A DNA stretch of 62,044 bases, counting the filler, from Deltaproteobacteria bacterium (GTDB lineage: Bacteria; JAUYMQ01): the NCBI GenBank assembly GCA_030698575.1. It is 5 parts of 5 records of this genome, joined end to end, with 100 filler letters (N's around TTAATTAATTAA, not from the genome) between each part and the next. Parts side by side here need not be neighbours in the genome. Positions count along the whole stretch, not along the records: positions 16,514 to 47,551 come from JAUYMQ010000290.1; 4 more parts are not named here. One strand, written 5' to 3'. The notes under the pieces were generated by a model. The model searched no databases, was not told the origin of the DNA, and saw only the letters and a list, made by a program, of their open reading frames with translations. A program made the translations under genes and the position numbers. Every line of letters begins with the position of its first letter. The first letter of the stretch is position 1. Positions 35,485-44,878 of the stretch are shown here, one piece after another.

Positions 35485-37875
35485 TTATCGGGCGCTGGAG
35501 GGGCTGGCTTGATGGGTGGCGTAAAGTGGAGGGATTTTACCCCGATCGAGGACTTCTCGGGCGACCAGGAGGTGTCTGCGCTGGAGCCCCGGGGAGGTGA
35601 CCGAGAGGGCGGTTTCGACGTCGGCGCGGGCGGCCGGAAAGTTGCCGAGCGCCGCGGCCACCCGGGCCCGCTCGTAGAGGGCTTCCGGCGGCGGGTCGCC
35701 GGCGGCGACGAGGGCGTCCAGGCGGGCGAGGGCCTCCCCCAGCCGCCCCTCGTCGGCTTCGAGGCCGGCTCGGGTTATCTCGGCCTCGAGGTTGTCAGGA
35801 TCGAGCGCCCACGCCCGATCGAGCCGGCGGCGTGCGGCCTCGACCCGCCCCAGCCGCCGCAGGCTGCGCGCCAGGGCGATATGCGCCGGCGCGTGCGCGG
35901 GATCGATCACGAGCGCGGCCTGGTAGGCCTCCATGGCCTCCGCGCTGCGCCCCAGCTCCGAGAGGACCATCCCCAGCCCCATCGCCGCCCTCACCCGATC
36001 CTCCTTCCGCTCCGCGGTCTGCGCCATCCCCCGGCGGAACAGCGACTGCGCGCGCCCCAGATCCCCCACCTCGGCGCTGGCGTTGCCGAACCAGTTGAGC
36101 GTCAGGATCCAGTCCGGGTCGGCGGCCAGGGCCCGCTCGTAGTGGGGAATCGCCCGCTCGACCGCTCCCGATTCCTCGAGAGCGCGCGCGTAGGTCAAAT
36201 GGCTTCGAAAATGAACGGGTGGCCGCTGAAGGGTCGCCTCCCAGAGCGTGATGGAACTCTGCCAGATCTTCTGACGCTCCCAGGAGAGCGAGGTGAATGC
36301 AAAGAAGACGCAGAGGAGCGCGGTGGCTGCGATCGCCCGCCGTGCTGCAGACCGGAGCCGCAGCAGCAGATGGCCCCCTCCCAGCCCCACGCCCACCGCC
36401 AGCCCCGCCAGGGGGACGTGAAGATAGCGATCAGCCATCCGGATCCAGAAGGGGACGATCTGCGCCACGGTCAGGAAGCCGAGCCAGAAGAGCCCCATCC
36501 ACCAGAGCGAGCGGCGATGGCGCAACCAGGCCCGGAGAAACCCGGCGGCGCCCGCCAGGAGAAAGGCATAACCGGCGGCGGACCAGGGTGCTATGCGGGC
36601 AGTCGCAACGGGCGGATCGTACAGGATCGAAAGCTCGGTCGGAAAAAGAATAATCCGCGTGTAGCGCCCGAAGAGCGACGCAATGGTCGCGAGATGAAAC
36701 GACAGCCCTCCGCCGAGGACCTCCCGCGTGACCACGTTGAGCTCGGCCTGGTACCTGTAATTCAGCAGCGCAAAGAAGATCGCCGCGGCGGCGAAGGGGA
36801 TCTTCTCCCGGATGTAAACCAGGACCCCTTCCCGCCTGAAGCCCAGATCGTAGAGAAACAGCACGCCCGGAAGCACGACGACGCTCAGCTTCGACAGGAG
36901 CGCCGCCACGTAGAAGAGAAGGCACCCGAGGAGCGCCTTCCGCGAGGCCGGCGCCTCGCGCGTGCCGCGCACGTATACGATGAGCGAGAGCAGCATGAAG
37001 ACCATCGCAAGAAGGGACTTTCGCTCGGCGATCCAGGCGACGGACTCCACCTGCGCGGGGTGGATGATGAAGAGCCCGGCCGCGATGGCCGCGCAGAGCG
37101 GGGGCGCGCGGAGGGCAAGGATCAATACGGCGAGCAGCGCCCCGGCCAGGCCGTGGAGGATGACGTTCCCAAGGTGGTGACCAAACGGATCCAGCCCCCA
37201 GATCCCGTGGTCGAGGGCATGGCTCGCCAGCGTGAGCGGCGCGTAATTTCCATGGAGAGGCTCGGTCCACCACCCCCGCAGGTTCTCCCAGGAGAGGGCC
37301 TGGACGCGGGGGTTCTTGTACACGTAGTCGTCGTCGTCCCAGTTCGTGAAGCCGTTGCCGAGGGACGGGAGATAGAGGAGCACGGCCAGCAGGAAGACCG
37401 AGATCGCGACCAGAAGATCCGCGCGCGCGTAGCCGGCAGCCTGCGGCGCGTGGCCGCGGCGGCGCCCGGCCCCCCGCCGGGAAAGCGCCTGGAGCGCCGC
37501 AATCGCGACGACGGCGCCCGAAAGATCCAGCGCGAGATCCCAGACGGTCGCCGTGCGCCCCGGCACGAAGCGCTGGTGAAACTCGTCGGAGAGCGCGTAG
37601 GTCGCCACCGCCCCGAAGGTCCACAACGTGGGCCAGACGCTGTCCCGGACGGCGGAAAGCCTGCCGGCGAAGGCCAGGAGCACCAGCGCGCTGAGCCCCG
37701 CGTAGAGCGGGGCGTGGGCAAGATTGAAAACCCAGGCGGGAAGCCCGACGGCGCTCAGGGTGTCGCCGGGGGTGTCGGAGAGGGCGAAGATGAGGCCCGC
37801 GTAGAGCGCGGCCAGGACGCTCCAGTGCGCATGCCGGAACGGCTCCCGGCCGGGCTCGGAACGCCGGGCGGGCAT
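35485..37875 (-). CDS. VanZ domain fused to a TMTC-like GT-C/TPR protein
   Basis: N-terminal DEFHQRFVPGR..D (VanZ); then FTNWDD..Y..NP, HPAQVESVAWIAERK, ADRYL, TPRs. Confidence 0.85.
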   Translation of the reverse strand: MPARRSEPGREPFRHAHWSVLAALYAGLIFALSDTPGDTLSAVGLPAWVFNLAHAPLYAGLSALVLLAFAGRLSAVRDSVWPTLWTFGAVATYALSDEFHQRFVPGRTATVWDLALDLSGAVVAIAALQALSRRGAGRRRGHAPQAAGYARADLLVAISVFLLAVLLYLPSLGNGFTNWDDDDYVYKNPRVQALSWENLRGWWTEPLHGNYAPLTLASHALDHGIWGLDPFGHHLGNVILHGLAGALLAVLILALRAPPLCAAIAAGLFIIHPAQVESVAWIAERKSLLAMVFMLLSLIVYVRGTREAPASRKALLGCLLFYVAALLSKLSVVVLPGVLFLYDLGFRREGVLVYIREKIPFAAAAIFFALLNYRYQAELNVVTREVLGGGLSFHLATIASLFGRYTRIILFPTELSILYDPPVATARIAPWSAAGYAFLLAGAAGFLRAWLRHRRSLWWMGLFWLGFLTVAQIVPFWIRMADRYLHVPLAGLAVGVGLGGGHLLLRLRSAARRAIAATALLCVFFAFTSLSWERQKIWQSSITLWEATLQRPPVHFRSHLTYARALEESGAVERAIPHYERALAADPDWILTLNWFGNASAEVGDLGRAQSLFRRGMAQTAERKEDRVRAAMGLGMVLSELGRSAEAMEAYQAALVIDPAHAPAHIALARSLRRLGRVEAARRRLDRAWALDPDNLEAEITRAGLEADEGRLGEALARLDALVAAGDPPPEALYERARVAAALGNFPAARADVETALSVTSPGLQRRHLLVAREVLDRGKIPPLYATHQASPSSAR

Positions 37876-38813
37876 CAGGCCTTTCGCGCGGGGTGGAAGA
37901 AGGCCACCGTTCGCTCGAGCCCCTCGCGCAGCCCGATCTTCGGCTCGTAGCCCAGAAGCGCGCGGGCCTTCCCGATGTCCGCCAGCGAGTGCCGCACGTC
38001 ACCCGCGCGGGGGGGGCCGTGCAGGGCCGCTGTGTCCACGCCCAGGATCTTCCGCAATTCATCGAGCAGCGCGTTCAGTGTGATGCGCGCGCCGCAGGCC
38101 ACGTTGATCACCTCGCCCGGGGCGCCGGGCCGCTCGGCCGCCAGGAGGTTGGCGTCGACCACGTTGTCGATATAGGTGAAGTCCCGTGACTGCTCGCCGT
38201 CCCCGTGGACGGTCGGCTGCTCGCCGGCAGCGAGCCTGGTGATGAAGTTCGGGATAACCGCGGAATAGAAGCTCGTCGGATCCTGTCTCGGCCCGAATAC
38301 GTTGAAGTACCTGAGGGCCACGGTATCGAGTCCGTAAAGACGCGTGAACATGACGCAGTACTGCTCGCCTGCGAACTTCTGAAGCGCGTAGGGCGAGAGC
38401 GGCGATGCGGGCATCGTCTCGATCTTCGGAAGCGTGGGGGTGTCGCCATAGGCGGAGCTGGACGCGGCATAGACGACCCGCCCTACCACAGCGTCGCGCG
38501 CCGCCGTGAGCACATTGAGCGTCCCTTCGACGTTCACCGCGTTCGTCGTCACAGGGTCTTCCACCGAACGGGCCACGGACGCAAGCGCCGCCTGGTGGAA
38601 CACCCGGTCGATCCCCTCCATCGCCGCACGGACGGCGCCGGCGTCCCGAAGATCCCCTTCACGAAGGTCGATCCGGCCCGACGCTTCCGCGAGGTTCTCC
38701 TTCCGGCCGGTCGAGAAATTGTCGAGGACCCGCACCTCGTGCCCGAGCGAGAGCAGGCGCGTGACGAGATGGGATCCGATGAAACCGCCGCCGCCGGTGA
38801 CCAGAGCCTTCAC
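37875..38813 (-). CDS. NAD-dependent nucleotide-sugar epimerase (WbpP-like UDP-GlcNAc 4-epimerase)
   Basis: GGGGFIGSH, HQAALASV.RS, ASSSAYGD, SPYALQK, LRYFNVFGPRQDP. Confidence 0.9.
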   Translation of the reverse strand: MKALVTGGGGFIGSHLVTRLLSLGHEVRVLDNFSTGRKENLAEASGRIDLREGDLRDAGAVRAAMEGIDRVFHQAALASVARSVEDPVTTNAVNVEGTLNVLTAARDAVVGRVVYAASSSAYGDTPTLPKIETMPASPLSPYALQKFAGEQYCVMFTRLYGLDTVALRYFNVFGPRQDPTSFYSAVIPNFITRLAAGEQPTVHGDGEQSRDFTYIDNVVDANLLAAERPGAPGEVINVACGARITLNALLDELRKILGVDTAALHGPPRAGDVRHSLADIGKARALLGYEPKIGLREGLERTVAFFHPARKA

Positions 38814-39823
38814 GCTCCCCCCTCCGCGGGCCCCGGCCCTGCCGGCCCGTAGCCCCCGGGGTGGGTCTCCATCCAGGCGGCTGCGCTCGCGATGATCTCC
38901 CGGATGGCGGCGAAGCGCGGGCGCCAGCCGAGATCCTCCCGCGCCTTCTCCGACCCTGCCACCAGGGTGCCCGGATCGCCGGGGCGCCGGGGCGCCTCCC
39001 GGACGGGCACCCGCCTGCCGGTCACGTCCTCAACCGTCTCGATCACCTCTCGCACCGAGAAGCCCCGGCCGTTTCCCAGGTTGAGCGCGCCGCCCGGGTA
39101 GCCCGCCTCGAGCGCCTCGAGGGCGAGGACGTGGGCGTCGGCCAGATCCGAGACGTGGACGTAGTCGCGCACACAGGTGCCGTCACGGGTGGGGTAGTCG
39201 GTGCCGTACAGGTCAAGCTCGCCGCCCTCGCCGCGGGCGGCCCGCAGCGCGAGGGGAACAAGGTGCGTCTCTGGCCGGTGATCTTCGCCGTGGGAGGATG
39301 TGGCGCCGGCGGCGTTGAAGTAACGAAGCGAGACGGCGCGCATGCCGTAGGCGCTTGAGAAGTCCGCCAGGGCGCGCTCGACCGCGGCTTTCGTGGCCCC
39401 GTAGGGATTGCCCGGCGCCAGGGGGGACTTCTCGGAGAGCGCCGTCCCCTCTCCCCCCTCGTAGACGGCGGCGCTGGAGGAAAAAATGAAGTGCCGAATG
39501 CCCGGCTCCCTCAGTGCCCCGAGAAGCGCAAGGGTCTCATCGACGTTGATGCGCCAGTAGAGCGCGGGATCGGCCACGCTCTCGGCGACGATCGACCGGG
39601 CGGCGAAGTGCATGACCGAGGTGATCTCGCGGCGCCGCAGAAGATCACCCAGCAAGGCGGCGTTTCCCGCCGATCCCCGCAGGAAGCTAACGCCGTCCGG
39701 CACGGCCGCGCGATGGCCCGTACTGAGATCATCGAGAACGACGACCTCGCGGCCCCGCGCGCGCAGCGCCTCGGCGGTCACGCTGCCGATGTATCCAGCC
39801 CCGCCTGTGACGAGCACGCTCAC
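38810..39823 (-). CDS. galE: UDP-glucose 4-epimerase
   Basis: GGAGYIGS, FSSSAAVY, NPYGATK, LRYFNAAGA, GEDHRPETHL, DGTCVRDYVHV. Confidence 0.93.
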   Translation of the reverse strand: MSVLVTGGAGYIGSVTAEALRARGREVVVLDDLSTGHRAAVPDGVSFLRGSAGNAALLGDLLRRREITSVMHFAARSIVAESVADPALYWRINVDETLALLGALREPGIRHFIFSSSAAVYEGGEGTALSEKSPLAPGNPYGATKAAVERALADFSSAYGMRAVSLRYFNAAGATSSHGEDHRPETHLVPLALRAARGEGGELDLYGTDYPTRDGTCVRDYVHVSDLADAHVLALEALEAGYPGGALNLGNGRGFSVREVIETVEDVTGRRVPVREAPRRPGDPGTLVAGSEKAREDLGWRPRFAAIREIIASAAAWMETHPGGYGPAGPGPAEGGA

Positions 39824-39830
39824 GGATCGT

Positions 39831-40520
39831 TTACCTGGCGAAGAGTCCGTACTTCACGATGCACCAGATCGCCACAAAGCCGTCCCTCCAGCCGATCTTC
39901 TTCCCCTGGGCGTAGTCGCGGCCGCTGTAGCCGATTCCGACCTCGTAGATGCGGCAACCGAGGCGGGCCACCTTGGCGGTCACCTCCGGCTCGAAGCCGA
40001 AGCGATCCTGCTCGAGGCGGATGCGGCGGAGGACGTCGGTCCGGAACATCTTGTAGCAGGTCTCCATGTCGGTGAGATTCAGGTTCGTGAAGCAGTTCGA
40101 GAGCAGGGTGAGAAAGCGGTTGCCGATGCTGTGCCAGAACAGGAGCACACGGTGCGCCTTCCCGGACACAAACCGCGACCCGTAGACGACGTCTGCCTTG
40201 TCGGACTCTATGAGCTTCAGGAGTTCCGGGAGCTCGATGGGATCGTACTCCAGGTCGGCATCCTGTATGACGACGACGTCGCCCGTGACACGCTCCAGGC
40301 CGGCCCGGATCGCCGCGCCCTTGCCCCGGTTCACGTCCTGGTAGACAACCTCCGCCAGCTTTCCCTCGATCTCGTTCTTCAGGATGTCGCGGGTGCCGTC
40401 GGTGGAGCCGTCATCGACGAGAACGATTTCGAGATCGATCGGAAGCGCGCGAACGCGGTCGACGATCTCGCGGATCGTGGCCGTCTCGTTGAAAACGGGC
40501 ATGATGACAGAGAGCTTCAT
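39831..40520 (-). CDS. GT2 polyprenol-phosphate glycosyltransferase (DPM1-like)
   Basis: [40 protein letters not shown]. Confidence 0.93.
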   Translation of the reverse strand: MKLSVIMPVFNETATIREIVDRVRALPIDLEIVLVDDGSTDGTRDILKNEIEGKLAEVVYQDVNRGKGAAIRAGLERVTGDVVVIQDADLEYDPIELPELLKLIESDKADVVYGSRFVSGKAHRVLLFWHSIGNRFLTLLSNCFTNLNLTDMETCYKMFRTDVLRRIRLEQDRFGFEPEVTAKVARLGCRIYEVGIGYSGRDYAQGKKIGWRDGFVAIWCIVKYGLFAR

Positions 40521-40581
40521 GCGCTTGGCTGACCTCTCGGGGGGTGGGTCCGAAACTCGCGGAGGGCGCGACGGCCGTTGC

Positions 40582-41256
40582 TCAGAGCGAGGGCCGTTCG
40601 CGCATCTCTATGATCTCGCCGAACAGCGGCACCAGATCGGCGGCGAAGCGACGGAGCCTCTCGTCGGCCTCGTCCTCGCTTCCGGGCGTCACCGTCGTCG
40701 CGACTTCGATGAAGCCGTTGCCGCCGCCTTCTCCCCGGATGATCTGTGATTTCAGCGAATCGAGCATCTGCGCCGTCCGGGATGCCGTCTGGTAGTTGCT
40801 CGACGAGAACCACCAGTAGAGCACCACCTGCGTCGTCTGTCCCTTCCGCGCAAGGAAGCGGTTCGCCGTCACGTCGGTGCCCGGGAGCGTCTCCTCGACG
40901 GTGCTGGCGAGCTGCTGGTACTCGATGCTCCAGCCCTGGGAGGTGAAGCACACCTCCGGCTGGTGGGCACCCCAGCGGTTCGTCCCGTGAAACTGGGCGA
41001 ACAGGTAAATTCCGTTCCCTTCCCCGTCCTCGTAGGTGCGCGAAACGTAGGCGTCCGGATTCAGGACATCCAGCACGTACTGCGGCATATCAAGATTGCC
41101 CTCGCTCGTCCAGTCGCCCACGCGCGCCGGAAGGGCATCCAGTTCGGGCGCCGCCTGGGCCTCGGGGTTGCGATACTTCAGGATCCCGGCGTTCGCAAGC
41201 GACGTCAGGGCCAGAAGGATGACAATCACCCAGCCATACTTTCGTGTCTTCGCCAT
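40582..41256 (-). CDS. epsI: EpsI-family exosortase-associated protein
   Basis: LP..VGDW, VL.P..YVSRTY, H.PEVCF.SQGW, VLYWW; directly after the exosortase gene. Confidence 0.88.
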   Translation of the reverse strand: MAKTRKYGWVIVILLALTSLANAGILKYRNPEAQAAPELDALPARVGDWTSEGNLDMPQYVLDVLNPDAYVSRTYEDGEGNGIYLFAQFHGTNRWGAHQPEVCFTSQGWSIEYQQLASTVEETLPGTDVTANRFLARKGQTTQVVLYWWFSSSNYQTASRTAQMLDSLKSQIIRGEGGGNGFIEVATTVTPGSEDEADERLRRFAADLVPLFGEIIEMRERPSL

Positions 41257-42134
41257 TCCAGAAACCTGCCAATTCCGAAGAGAAGCATGAAGGCCACAAC
41301 GAAAACGCTGAAGCCCGACATGTCGTGGATGATCGCGCTCCAGTCCGGCCCGCCGTTCTCGAGCCAGCTGTCTGACGGCAGCGTGGCGTCGACGCCGAAC
41401 TCATAGCTCATGAGAGTCAGGAAGGTCACCCGCACGTAGTTCGCGGCGACGGCTATCGGGATTCCCGCCAGAAAGATCGAGATCCGCTCCCAGGTCTTCC
41501 CCTGATAGAGATAGGCGTAGACCGCACCCAGCGCCAGCAGCGCGAAGAGCGAGCGGATGCCGCTGCATGCGTCGGCCACCTCCAGTGCGCCGTTCGGGAG
41601 GTAGATCAGCGCCCCGTCCCGGTAGATCGAGATGCCCATGGCCGCGATGGTCGAGGTCGCGAGACGAGCCGCGACTACTTTCATCGCAAAGGTGATGGGG
41701 GTGAGAATGAACGTGAAGAGCGGGATCATGAAGACGAGAAAGACGATCGGGAACAGGACCAGCCGCAGGACCTTTCCGCCGTAGAGCGCAAGCACGATCC
41801 CCGCGATGAGCGTGATGAGCGAGTAGCAGGCAACCGTCTTGACGGCGCCCAGATTCGCCAGAAGGAGCAGCACCAAGCTCACGCCTGCCAGCCAGATCCC
41901 CGCCGCCGACGGCTGCCGCGGGGCCGCGGCGATGAGATCCTTCCTGCGCCAGACGAGGTAGATCGAGATGAGCGGGATCAGATAGCCGTGAGAGAACTCG
42001 GGGAGGCTGTCCCACTTCTCCACCAGGTAGCCCGCGAGGGGGTAGTAGAGAAAGAGAACCCCGGCCGCGATCAGCAGAAGTTCGGCGATCGGAAGCGTCG
42101 CCATTCGGGACTCGGAAGTGGTTTCGGAACTCAA
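41226..42134 (-). CDS. Exosortase (EpsH/Xrt family)
   Basis: SHGYLIP, VADACSGIRS (catalytic Cys), ANYVR (Arg), IHDMSG (His); multi-TM. Start may be 42104. Confidence 0.95.
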   Translation of the reverse strand: MSSETTSESRMATLPIAELLLIAAGVLFLYYPLAGYLVEKWDSLPEFSHGYLIPLISIYLVWRRKDLIAAAPRQPSAAGIWLAGVSLVLLLLANLGAVKTVACYSLITLIAGIVLALYGGKVLRLVLFPIVFLVFMIPLFTFILTPITFAMKVVAARLATSTIAAMGISIYRDGALIYLPNGALEVADACSGIRSLFALLALGAVYAYLYQGKTWERISIFLAGIPIAVAANYVRVTFLTLMSYEFGVDATLPSDSWLENGGPDWSAIIHDMSGFSVFVVAFMLLFGIGRFLEWRRHESMAG

Positions 42135-42153
42135 CCGCGATCTCCTGCGCCCA

Positions 42154-43425
42154 TCACGCCGGGGAAGCCCTTCTTGCAGCCATGCGCCGCCACGCGCGAG
42201 CAGCGGCCACGACGGCGAACATCCAGAGATAGGGCGAGACCGCCGAACGAATGCGGGCGTCTCCCCAGAACACGAGCGCGGACAGACAGAAGGTGCCCAC
42301 CAGGAGATGGAGGATGACCTCGGGCCTGTCGCGCCGGAAGGTCATCACCATGCCGGCAAGCATCCAGGGGAGCGCGAGGCCGTAAGTCAGGAGGTAGACG
42401 GATTTCTGTCCCCAGGGCAGATTGGCCCAGGGATTCCAGAATCGGGCCAGCTTGTACATCAGCAACTTCGGCACCTTATCGGGGTTGTTCGCGAGGAAGT
42501 TGAACCCCAGGCGCCAGGCCCGCCTGTCGACCTCGACCTGATCGTAGGCCACCACCCGGAGCTCGTCATAGAACGGGAGCTCTCCGATGAAGACCCACCG
42601 GCCCCACCGATCCCCCTCGAGGACGCGCACGTTGTTGCCGCCCCAGAAGGTCACGCCGCCGCCGGTCGTGACGGGAACCCAGTGACCCGTATGCTTGTGG
42701 ACCAGGCCGATCCAAGGCGCCGTCACGATCAGAGCCACGGCAATTATAACAGAAAAGCCGCCGGCGGCCGCCCGGAGGTCCGGCCGCCCGTCGCTCCGGC
42801 GATAGGTCCACAAAACCCACATCAGGAGGAAAGGCGGAAAGAGCAGGAGCACCGGCCGCGTCAGGGTGGCGGAGCCGAGCGCGACGCCGCCGGCGAGGAG
42901 CCAGCGCACGCCGGAAGCCCCTCTGACCCTGGCCTCGGAAGCGCGAACGAGGGCGTAAACCATCGCCCCCAGGAGGGGGATGAAGAGCGTCTCGGTCAGC
43001 AATCCGTGGCAGAAAAAGACATCTGCCGGCGCGACGGCGAAGAGCGCCGCCGCGATGAAGGCCCGGCGCTCGCCGAACAGGCGCCGCCCGATCAGAAAGG
43101 CGAGCCAGGCGGAGAACGCGCCCAGAAGCGCCTGCGCCACACGGACGGCCGGATAGCTCTGCCCCGCCACACGGTAGACGAGGCTCAGGAAGACCGGATA
43201 GAGAGGCGGACGGAAACTGATGAAGTAGCCCTCGATGGCGTACCCCTCGCCCCGGGAGAGGCTCAGCGCGAGCTTGTCGTAGTCGCGATCGTCGGCCACC
43301 GGCGGTGCGTTCATCCCGAGAAGGGCGCTTCCGGCGAGCCGCGCGATGAGGGCGACGGCCACGAGCGCCATGAGCAGCGCGCGCCGGTGCCGCCCCAGGC
43401 CGGCGTCGGGAGTCTCAGGAGGCAT
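42154..43425 (-). CDS. ArnT/PMT-like GT-C glycosyltransferase
   Basis: DD.DY..LA..L, RPPLYP.FL, LLTETLF, LTRP; multi-TM. Confidence 0.85.
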   Translation of the reverse strand: MPPETPDAGLGRHRRALLMALVAVALIARLAGSALLGMNAPPVADDRDYDKLALSLSRGEGYAIEGYFISFRPPLYPVFLSLVYRVAGQSYPAVRVAQALLGAFSAWLAFLIGRRLFGERRAFIAAALFAVAPADVFFCHGLLTETLFIPLLGAMVYALVRASEARVRGASGVRWLLAGGVALGSATLTRPVLLLFPPFLLMWVLWTYRRSDGRPDLRAAAGGFSVIIAVALIVTAPWIGLVHKHTGHWVPVTTGGGVTFWGGNNVRVLEGDRWGRWVFIGELPFYDELRVVAYDQVEVDRRAWRLGFNFLANNPDKVPKLLMYKLARFWNPWANLPWGQKSVYLLTYGLALPWMLAGMVMTFRRDRPEVILHLLVGTFCLSALVFWGDARIRSAVSPYLWMFAVVAAARAWRRMAARRASPA

Positions 43426-44878
43426 CGGCGAAGCTCCTCGGCCGGACGACGCCGGTTCCGGGCGGCAGTTCGCCTCCCGGGACGGGCATGGGGCGCGTTT
43501 GCGGGTTCACGTAGACGTCGCCGCGCTCGAAGGCGCGGTGGAAGATGATCTGGTCGGGACGCCCTTCCCCTTCCGGCAGCGCGCGGAAGCTCCCCCGCGC
43601 CGGCCCGAGCAGCACCTCCATCTCCGGGACGGCCGCCGCCTCGCGAACCCACGACCAGCAGACGTTTGGCGCCGCGACCAGCAGGTAGGACGCGTAGGAG
43701 TAGCGCGCCGCCGCCTCGTCGGGCCGCCCCTCGCCCAGAAGGATCCACTTTCCGCTCCGCGCGGCCTCGCGCACGAGAACGAGATTGGCGGCCACGTTCC
43801 TCGGGGGCTGCCCGACCACGAAGCCTTCCATCATGGCGCCGTCCGCGATCCCGAGCAGCGCCAGCGCATGTTTCGCCTGAAGAAGGTGGAGCCCGTTGAA
43901 CATGACCACGGTCCCGGGCTCCTGCTTGAGCGCCTTGATAAGGGCCGTCTCGGCCGCCTCGGCTTGCCCGCGCGTTCGCCATTCGAGGGGGGCGCCGGTC
44001 GCCCGGCAGGAATCGAGACCACGGATCCGCGCCACGGCTTCCTTCCGCGTCGCCTTCAGCGCCTCGAGCGAGGGAACCGGGAGCCCTTCTTTCGCATGCT
44101 GCCAATAGGCGCGCCCGTCCTCGAGGGTCAAACACCAGGGGGGAAGACGGATCGGATCGCCGCCGGCGTCGTCAACGCCGGGCAGGAACCAGGCGGTCGC
44201 CGAAAGATTGTCGAGAAAGACACCGTTCCCCCCGAGCTTCCGCACCAGCCGGGCGTAGCGGCGGGCGTGCGCGATGAAATCGGCGCCGCCGGGATTGGCG
44301 CGCACCGTGTAAGGCCCGCCGAAAAACTCCAGGATGCCATCCTTGAAACCGTAGGGGCGCGGGTCGCGGATGTCCGGCACCGGGAGAGCCGCCGCGCGCG
44401 CCAGGCGAAGATACTCGGTGACCGTCAGCGTGCGGGTCCGGAGGTAGGAGGTCGGCCCCGAGGGGGCGGGAAGCGGCTCGTTCGGCGTGGCCACGGCCGG
44501 GAATTCACCGGCCGAGAGGTACTGGAGAACGTCGACGCCCGGATTGAGATCCCGCACGGTCTTGCCGTCCGAGCGTTTGGGGAGCGGGAACCACCACTTC
44601 TGGACATTGCCTGCGTAGATGAGCACTTCGGCCCGCGATTGATCAGTGACGCTTCGATCGAGCGCGGGACGCTCGGTCGGCGGGAAGTCGTAGTTCGCCA
44701 TGCAGAAGCGCACATCCGGCTGATGGGGAAGCGGCACCCCCGCGGCAACGTGGCCGGCGTCGGCCAGGACGAGTTCCACCGCCGCCATCACCGCTGCCCC
44801 CGCCCATAGGCGCGCAGGGCCGCGGCGGCCCCGGACAGCACCCCCGGCGCGCGGCGTGCCGCGCGGCAGCACCCTCAT
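43415..44878 (-). CDS. Exported putative glycoside hydrolase (TIM-barrel-like)
   Basis: GVFLDN and DGAMMEGF acidic motifs, R.FE.G.V.VNP C-terminal module; ATGA overlap with the flippase stop. Confidence 0.5.
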   Translation of the reverse strand: MRVLPRGTPRAGGAVRGRRGPARLWAGAAVMAAVELVLADAGHVAAGVPLPHQPDVRFCMANYDFPPTERPALDRSVTDQSRAEVLIYAGNVQKWWFPLPKRSDGKTVRDLNPGVDVLQYLSAGEFPAVATPNEPLPAPSGPTSYLRTRTLTVTEYLRLARAAALPVPDIRDPRPYGFKDGILEFFGGPYTVRANPGGADFIAHARRYARLVRKLGGNGVFLDNLSATAWFLPGVDDAGGDPIRLPPWCLTLEDGRAYWQHAKEGLPVPSLEALKATRKEAVARIRGLDSCRATGAPLEWRTRGQAEAAETALIKALKQEPGTVVMFNGLHLLQAKHALALLGIADGAMMEGFVVGQPPRNVAANLVLVREAARSGKWILLGEGRPDEAAARYSYASYLLVAAPNVCWSWVREAAAVPEMEVLLGPARGSFRALPEGEGRPDQIIFHRAFERGDVYVNPQTRPMPVPGGELPPGTGVVRPRSFADAS

